Part shown: positions 27,492 through 32,000 of the stretch, in pieces | How the letters are laid out: each line of letters begins with the position of its first letter | Numbering within the stretch: the first letter of the stretch is position 1 | Source of the DNA: an uncultured cyanobacterium | GTDB lineage: Bacteria; Cyanobacteriota; Cyanobacteriia; Cyanobacteriales; Cyanobacteriaceae | Assembly: GCA_963749915.1 (NCBI GenBank) | Contig: CAVVOP010000025.1 | Coordinates: 47,170 to 79,169 of the forward strand | Reading direction: 5' to 3' | DNA length: 32,000 bases | Notes under the pieces: model-generated | The model's database searches: none | What the model was told of the DNA's origin: nothing | Seen by the model: only the letters and a program-made list of their open reading frames with translations | Translations under genes and position numbers: made by a program

Positions 27492-29987
27492 TTAGGAAGG
27501 AAAAAAAATATCTAAATATTCCGCTAATTTTATCCATAAACGCAGTTGATTATTCGTTTTTAAAATACCATTATGTCCCGATAATGTAGGTAACAATTGT
27601 TGATGTAAGAAGTCGTAATAAGTTTCTTGAACTTTATCTAACCACAGATTAAGTTTTAATTGTTGTCCCACTTTTATCAATTTATCTATCAATTGAATAT
27701 CTGTTTCCAAGCTATCCGATCGATTCTCTGATAGAATTTGTTTAAGACAAGATAAGATTAAATTCTCAAGGGTTTTTTTCCCTTTTGGGATCTCCAATTT
27801 GCATCTTAAATTATCTGCCTCCCCTGCGATCGCCTCTAGGTCAATTAAATAAGGTTCCAAATTATCAAGGTCGGGGTTGTTATTATTAATGGCCTCAATG
27901 ACTTTAAGACAACGATAGGAAATAGCTATTTCTGCCGCCACCTGTAACTCTTGGGGAATCGGCACTTCATCCCGTTGAAAAGCGAGTAAAATACTGTAAT
28001 TATCTCGATAAACTTGAGTATAAAGCTGATCAAGGCGTTTTTTCGTGGTGGTGGTTAATTTCTGCATAATAGATAACCTTTCTTCCGCAAAAAGATGTTT
28101 TAAATCGAAGGATTTGTTACCGAATAGCCGACTCATGGTTAAAATTAAATCGACGATGCTGGTTTGCTTCAACAGGGCAAATAATTCCTCTTTCATCTCG
28201 GTATAAGCCAAGCGACTAGAAAAGGGTTGAATACAACAGTGAAAATCCCAACCGCCAAGATGCAACACCGCAAAGATAAAATGTCCACTTTCCCAAGTAA
28301 TTTGTGAGGTTAAACGCACTTGCCCTATTACCAACGTTAAAGAACCGATCTGTTGTTTTTGATAGTCTAATTGTTGGGCAGAGTAACAGTAAATATTTTG
28401 CTCCTCTTGATAGTTATTATAGAGAGAACTAAGGGCATAATGGGCCGTTACTTGTTCTAAATTGACTTGAGATGGTATCACCGCTTGACGATAAACCCCT
28501 TCACCGTTTCTATATTCCTCAACATTACTCTCGGCAAGGGATAATCGATGGATAAATTCCTTTTCTAATTGTACTCCAGCAACCTCTCCCACTAAATCTA
28601 CCGCATGGGAAGCATAGCGTAGTACTTGTGTACCTTCAGGACGAGAAATTTCTTCAAAAAACCAACCGCAACTGGTAAACATTAATAAAGAGTTTCGTTG
28701 TATTTCTAACAATCGTAGAGCGTCAATTTCTTCGGAGGAGGATAATTTATGAGTGCTATGACGATGCAAAAATTGTTTGATGGTGTCCTGACTACGATCT
28801 AAAATAACTTCTATATATTCATCTCTGGCTAACCAAGGATTTTGAAAATAATTATAACCAACATCCTCATAAACTTTAGTTAACTCGTCTCGTAACCAAT
28901 TTAAAGTCTCTCGTAGGGGTTTACGCCATTTTTGATGGTATTCACCACCACCGCCGCAACCACAATCATCTTGCCATCTTTCCACACCATGATAACAACT
29001 CCAAGCAGTAACGGGTTTTAATTCCACCTCCCATGTAGGAGTTACTAAACTAAGATAGTGTGCATAATTAGTAACTGTCCAACCTTGTTGCGGAAATTCT
29101 TGAGTGAAAGTATAGGCCAGACATTTTTCCGTATCTTTTTTATGATGCCCAAAAGTTTCCCCGTCGGTGGCCACAGAAATAATTTGCGATGGACGATCAT
29201 CCCCTCGAATGGCTAACTTTAACCGAGAGTGAAAATGATGACTGCTTAAGAGGACATCCCCGAAACCCATATCCCCAGAAATAGGTCCATCATAGAAGAA
29301 AATGTCAATATAATCCCCATCGTTAACATAACACCGATAAGGCCGTGTCGGGTCAATTTGTCCTCCCCCAACCTCTAGCCATTGGTTATTATCTCTGACA
29401 ATAGGGCGACATCTCTTGGCTTGGGTAGGTGCAAGGATAATAAACTTAATCCCCTCGGCAATTAATACTTCCAAAGTGGGATAATCTACTGCCGTTTCTG
29501 CTAACCACATTCCTTCGGGTTGTCTTCCAAAGCGATGATAAAAGTCGGCTTTTCCCCATTTTATCTGTGTATATTTATCTCTTTCGTTAGCAAGGGGCAA
29601 GATAATATGATTATACACTTGAGCGATGGCATTACCGTGACCATTCAACCGTTGACAACTAAGGCGATCGGCTTCAATAATTTTCTGATATACTTCAAGA
29701 TCATATTTTTCTAACCATGACATTAAAGTAGCACCGATATTAAAACTCATGTACTCGTAGTTATTGACAATACCGACAATATCTCCATCATCGTTGAAAA
29801 TACGGGCAAAGGCATTATTACGATAACACTCATAAAAAATACGCTCATTCCAATCATGAAAAGGGTGTGCGCTAGGTTGCCTTTCAATAACGTTAAGGTA
29901 AGGATTTTCTCTAGGGGGCTGATAAAAATGTCCGTGAACTGTGACATAAATACCTTTTGCTTCCTGTAGAGGGTGACATTTCAGGTA
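27492..29987 (-). CDS. Glycoside hydrolase family 57 protein with a long C-terminal helical domain (DUF3536-like); start codon unresolved
   Basis: The in-frame translation upstream of the ORF-track Met (29750) continues as YVTVHGHFYQPPRENPYLNVIERQPSAHPFHDWNERIFYECYRNNAFARIFNDDGDIVGIVNNYEYMSFNIG, the conserved GH57 N-terminus. The true gene therefore extends to at least 29948. The frame is open to 29987 but holds no in-frame ATG/GTG/TTG there. An ATG at 29979 lies one base out of frame. Confidence 0.85.
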   Translation of the reverse strand, partial: YLKCHPLQEAKGIYVTVHGHFYQPPRENPYLNVIERQPSAHPFHDWNERIFYECYRNNAFARIFNDDGDIVGIVNNYEYMSFNIGATLMSWLEKYDLEVYQKIIEADRLSCQRLNGHGNAIAQVYNHIILPLANERDKYTQIKWGKADFYHRFGRQPEGMWLAETAVDYPTLEVLIAEGIKFIILAPTQAKRCRPIVRDNNQWLEVGGGQIDPTRPYRCYVNDGDYIDIFFYDGPISGDMGFGDVLLSSHHFHSRLKLAIRGDDRPSQIISVATDGETFGHHKKDTEKCLAYTFTQEFPQQGWTVTNYAHYLSLVTPTWEVELKPVTAWSCYHGVERWQDDCGCGGGGEYHQKWRKPLRETLNWLRDELTKVYEDVGYNYFQNPWLARDEYIEVILDRSQDTIKQFLHRHSTHKLSSSEEIDALRLLEIQRNSLLMFTSCGWFFEEISRPEGTQVLRYASHAVDLVGEVAGVQLEKEFIHRLSLAESNVEEYRNGEGVYRQAVIPSQVNLEQVTAHYALSSLYNNYQEEQNIYCYSAQQLDYQKQQIGSLTLVIGQVRLTSQITWESGHFIFAVLHLGGWDFHCCIQPFSSRLAYTEMKEELFALLKQTSIVDLILTMSRLFGNKSFDLKHLFAEERLSIMQKLTTTTKKRLDQLYTQVYRDNYSILLAFQRDEVPIPQELQVAAEIAISYRCLKVIEAINNNNPDLDNLEPYLIDLEAIAGEADNLRCKLEIPKGKKTLENLILSCLKQILSENRSDSLETDIQLIDKLIKVGQQLKLNLWLDKVQETYYDFLHQQLLPTLSGHNGILKTNNQLRLWIKLAEYLDIFFPS

Positions 29988-30103
29988 TTAAAATATTTTG
30001 GTTAGAGTTATCGACAGTAACTGTAGTCATGGGAAAAAATAAAATGAGGCTCCTATATTTGAGCTATACTAGCAAAAAATCATCTATTTGTAAAAGAGTT
30101 GTG

Positions 30104-30484
30104 ATGGCAGATGAATCTCTAGTCAAGCTTACCCTAGTTTTCAACGATCCAGACTTGGATGCCGAAGAAAAGGATGAGGAAGTGCAAAAGCTCCTCAATC
30201 AGATGCAGAAGCTCGATGAAGTTGAGGAAATTACTCGCGTTATCGATCCCAATCCACCAGCAGAGAATAAGGCACTGGGGGGCTTTCTGGTGGGAATGCT
30301 GACGGCTGTAGTGAAGCCAGAGAATATCAAGGTATTATTTGGGTTTTTAAGTGAACGACTGAAAGGCAAGCCCATTGAAATAGCTATTAAAGCGCCAGAT
30401 GGCAGAGAATTGAATATTAAAGCTAACAGTCAAGCTGAGTTTGAATTCGCCTTTCAGAAAGCACAGGAATTTCTTAAATCATAG
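30104..30484 (+). CDS. Small (126 aa) EACC1-like protein (effector-associated constant component), operonic with the caspase
   Basis: MADESLVKLTLVFNDPDLDAEEKDEEVQKLLNQMQKLDEVEEITRVIDPNPPAENKALGGFLVGMLTAVVKPENIKVLFGFLSERLKGKPIEIAIKAPDGRELNIKANS.... The layout is an acidic helix, then a P-rich linker, G-rich hydrophobic segments, and a DGR-x-hydrophobic strand. This matches my recollection of the EACC1 family found next to caspase/trypsin effectors, and I did not verify it by HMM. The ORF-track start at 29957 is an unsupported extension. The stop lies 9 nt before the caspase start. Confidence 0.55.
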   Translation: MADESLVKLTLVFNDPDLDAEEKDEEVQKLLNQMQKLDEVEEITRVIDPNPPAENKALGGFLVGMLTAVVKPENIKVLFGFLSERLKGKPIEIAIKAPDGRELNIKANSQAEFEFAFQKAQEFLKS

Positions 30485-30493
30485 GTAGGGAAA

Positions 30494-32000
30494 GTGGCAA
30501 AAATGGCGTTGCTGATTGGAGTTAGTGAGTATGAGCCAGGTTTGAATCCGCTTCCTGGTGCTGTCAAGGATGTAGATGCAGTGCAGCAAGTTTTGTTGCG
30601 TCCAGAGATAGGGGGATTTATTGAGTCTGATGTAACTGTGCTGAAAAATCCTGCCCGACAGAAAATGGAGGAAGAAATCGAGAAACTATTTAGCAATCGG
30701 CAAAAAGACGATCTCGTGCTACTTTTCTTCTCCGGTCATGGTATTAAAGATGACACAGGCAAGCTTTATTTGGCAACACGCAACACTCAGAAAACTGACC
30801 GAGGAGAGTTACGTGCGCTCCTCTGCTGTGGCAGCTAGTTTTGTCCATGAAAATATGGAACGCAGCCGTTCTAAGCGGCAAGTGGTGATTCTTGATAGTT
30901 GCTTTAGTGGGGCTTTTGCTGAGGGTTTATCGGCTAAAGATGATGGCACTGTTAACATCCGCGAGCAATTAGGAGGAGAAGGAAGGGCTATTCTCACTTC
31001 ATCGACTTCAACTCAATATTCCTTTGAACAGCAGGAATCAGATCTTTCAATTTACACCCGTTATTTGATTGGGGGAATTACAACTGGGGCGGCAGACTTA
31101 AATGACGATGGGTTTGTCTCGATGGGTGAGTTGCATGATTATGTCAGCCAGAAGGTCAGAGAAACACAGCCAGCGATGAAGCCGGAGATTTATCCGGGCA
31201 AAGAAGGTTATACAATCCGACTCACAAAAGTTCCTCCCGGCGATCCTAAAGAGAAATATGCTAAAGAAGTAGCGCGATACAGTAGCCGAGGAGAGGTTAC
31301 TTTTGTGGGGCGTAAAATTTTAGATGCTCAGAGAATTCAGTTGGGTTTGTCTGAGGATGAAGCAAGGGCGATTGAAGATGAGATTTTGGCAGTTGCTCGT
31401 CAAGAATTTCGAGAAAAATTACAACGCTACGAGCAAGATTTTACAGAAGCTTTGCAACAAGAAGTCCCTCTCAGTGAAGCCGATATTGATTCTCTAAGAC
31501 AGAATCTCAAGCAAATTTTGGGATTGAGAAATGAAGATATCCAACCGATTGAGGCACAGGTTAGGGCAAGAATTGAGGCTTACCAGCAACATCTCCAACA
31601 GTACGAGAGAGCAGAAATTTACCGAGGCGATGCGACAGGAATATCCTCTGAGTGAAACAACTCGCCGTCACTTGTAGGCAAATCCGCAACAATGGGAACT
31701 TAAGGAACCGGATTTAACTTCGATTGAAAGCCGAATTACTGCTGAAATAGAGGCATATCGACAGAAATTGCGAGCAATACGAACAGGCATTTACTAACGC
31801 ATTACAGCAGGAATATCCTCTCAGTGAAGGGAAGCGTAATGAACTGGCAACAACAGCAAAATTTAGGTCTGAAGGCTGGAGATATTGCCCCGATTGAAGC
31901 TCGAATTACTGCTGAGGTTGAAGCCTACCAGCAAAAATTACAACAGTACGAGGAGGTACTAACGCAAACTATTCAGCATGAATACCCCCTCAGTGCATGA
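30494..32000 (+). pseudogene. Orthocaspase (peptidase C14, His-Cys dyad) with C-terminal tandem helical repeats. It is frameshifted at about 30809-30813, broken again at least four times in the repeats, and continues past the window end.
   Basis: Frame 1 reads ALLIGVSEYEPGLNPLPGAVKDVDAV...DDLVLLFFSGHGIKDDTGKLYLATRN (catalytic His codon 30737-30739). Frame 2 continues VRSSAVAASFVHENMERSRSKRQVVILDSCFSGAF (catalytic Cys codon 30899-30901) ...ILTSSTSTQYSFE...DLNDDGFVSMGELHDYV. Removing one base near 30812 joins them as ...TDRGELVRSSAV.... Confidence 0.8.
31341..32000 (+). repeat. Tandem coding repeats (period about 165-177 nt, 55-59 codons), at least 4 units, forming the caspase C-terminus
   Basis: Units start at about 31341, 31518, 31696 and 31863. 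Each reads approximately LGL-x3-(D/E)(I/A)-x-(P/A/S)IE-x3-A-x(2-4)-E-(A/F)-(Y/R)-(Q/E)-x-(K/H)-L-(Q/R)-x-YE-x6-9-(Q/H)-(Q/H)E(Y/V)PLS(E/A). Seeing this requires switching frames between units. Confidence 0.75.

Noticed and set aside
29747-29947. 66-aa ORF (MSQFTDIFISPLEK...) upstream of the GH57 gene
   Set aside because: It is in the wrong frame. The same DNA in the GH57 frame encodes the highly conserved YVTVHGHFYQPPRENPYL... N-terminus, so this ORF is an artefact of the unresolved GH57 start.
156-30997. ORF-track entries lying antisense to or overlapping strong homology-supported genes: 156-353, 889-1080, 4010-4279, 6444-6629, 6663-6902, 7530-7730, 7746-7937, 10977-11222, 11947-12222, 13576-13941, 16171-16467, 18805-19185, 20933-21148, 24020-24229, 24699-25109, 26693-26992, 29520-29714, 30454-30696, 30809-30997
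   Set aside because: Each sits entirely within, or on the opposite strand of, a gene with clear family motifs. Their translations are low-complexity or biased and have no recognisable motifs. They are typical shadow ORFs.
1-32000. CRISPR arrays, rRNA genes, prophage or integrase genes
   Set aside because: I saw no regularly spaced 25-40-bp direct repeats with unique spacers, no rRNA-like sequence and no integrase- or recombinase-like ORF anywhere in the window.

Overview
The window looks like a chromosomal segment of a low-GC cyanobacterium. The HIP1 octamer GCGATCGC occurs 10 times, where roughly 0.1 would be expected by chance. NtcA-type promoter logic and a grxC-gshB pair also fit a cyanobacterium. 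Most of the window is densely packed housekeeping genes: hrcA, nirA, hemL, gpsA, proB, tkt, dnaN, grxC, gshB, tRNA-Ser(GCU), rplU, rpmA, an aldo/keto reductase, a GH57 glycoside hydrolase, glycosyltransferases, an oxidoreductase, an SDR epimerase-like gene, an ABC-2 permease, a soluble GAF histidine kinase, and an overlapping GNAT-rhomboid pair. Three accessory patches interrupt this backbone. (1) 4-1090: a GC-richer type I R-M methylase (hsdM) has lost its catalytic core. Its two remaining pieces are joined across a 166-bp MITE-like element, and three 15-bp tandem repeats lie upstream. (2) 9585-12740: two 470-bp direct repeats (469/470 identical) bracket a chimeric junction of a decayed IS66-family element and a decayed IS5/DDE_Tnp_4-like element. 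The duplication leaves one intact copy of each flanking host gene. (3) 30104-32000 (runs off the window): a compositionally foreign operon (hand counts about 43-53% GC versus about 33-40% in the backbone). It encodes a small EACC1-like protein followed by an orthocaspase (peptidase C14) whose C-terminus is a tandem array of 55-59-codon helical repeats. The caspase reading frame is broken between the catalytic His and Cys, and again several times within the repeats. Patch 3 is the best candidate here for a poorly characterised conflict or programmed-cell-death system, although it appears decayed and is only partly visible. All protein family calls come from reading the supplied translations for motifs. 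No database search was run.
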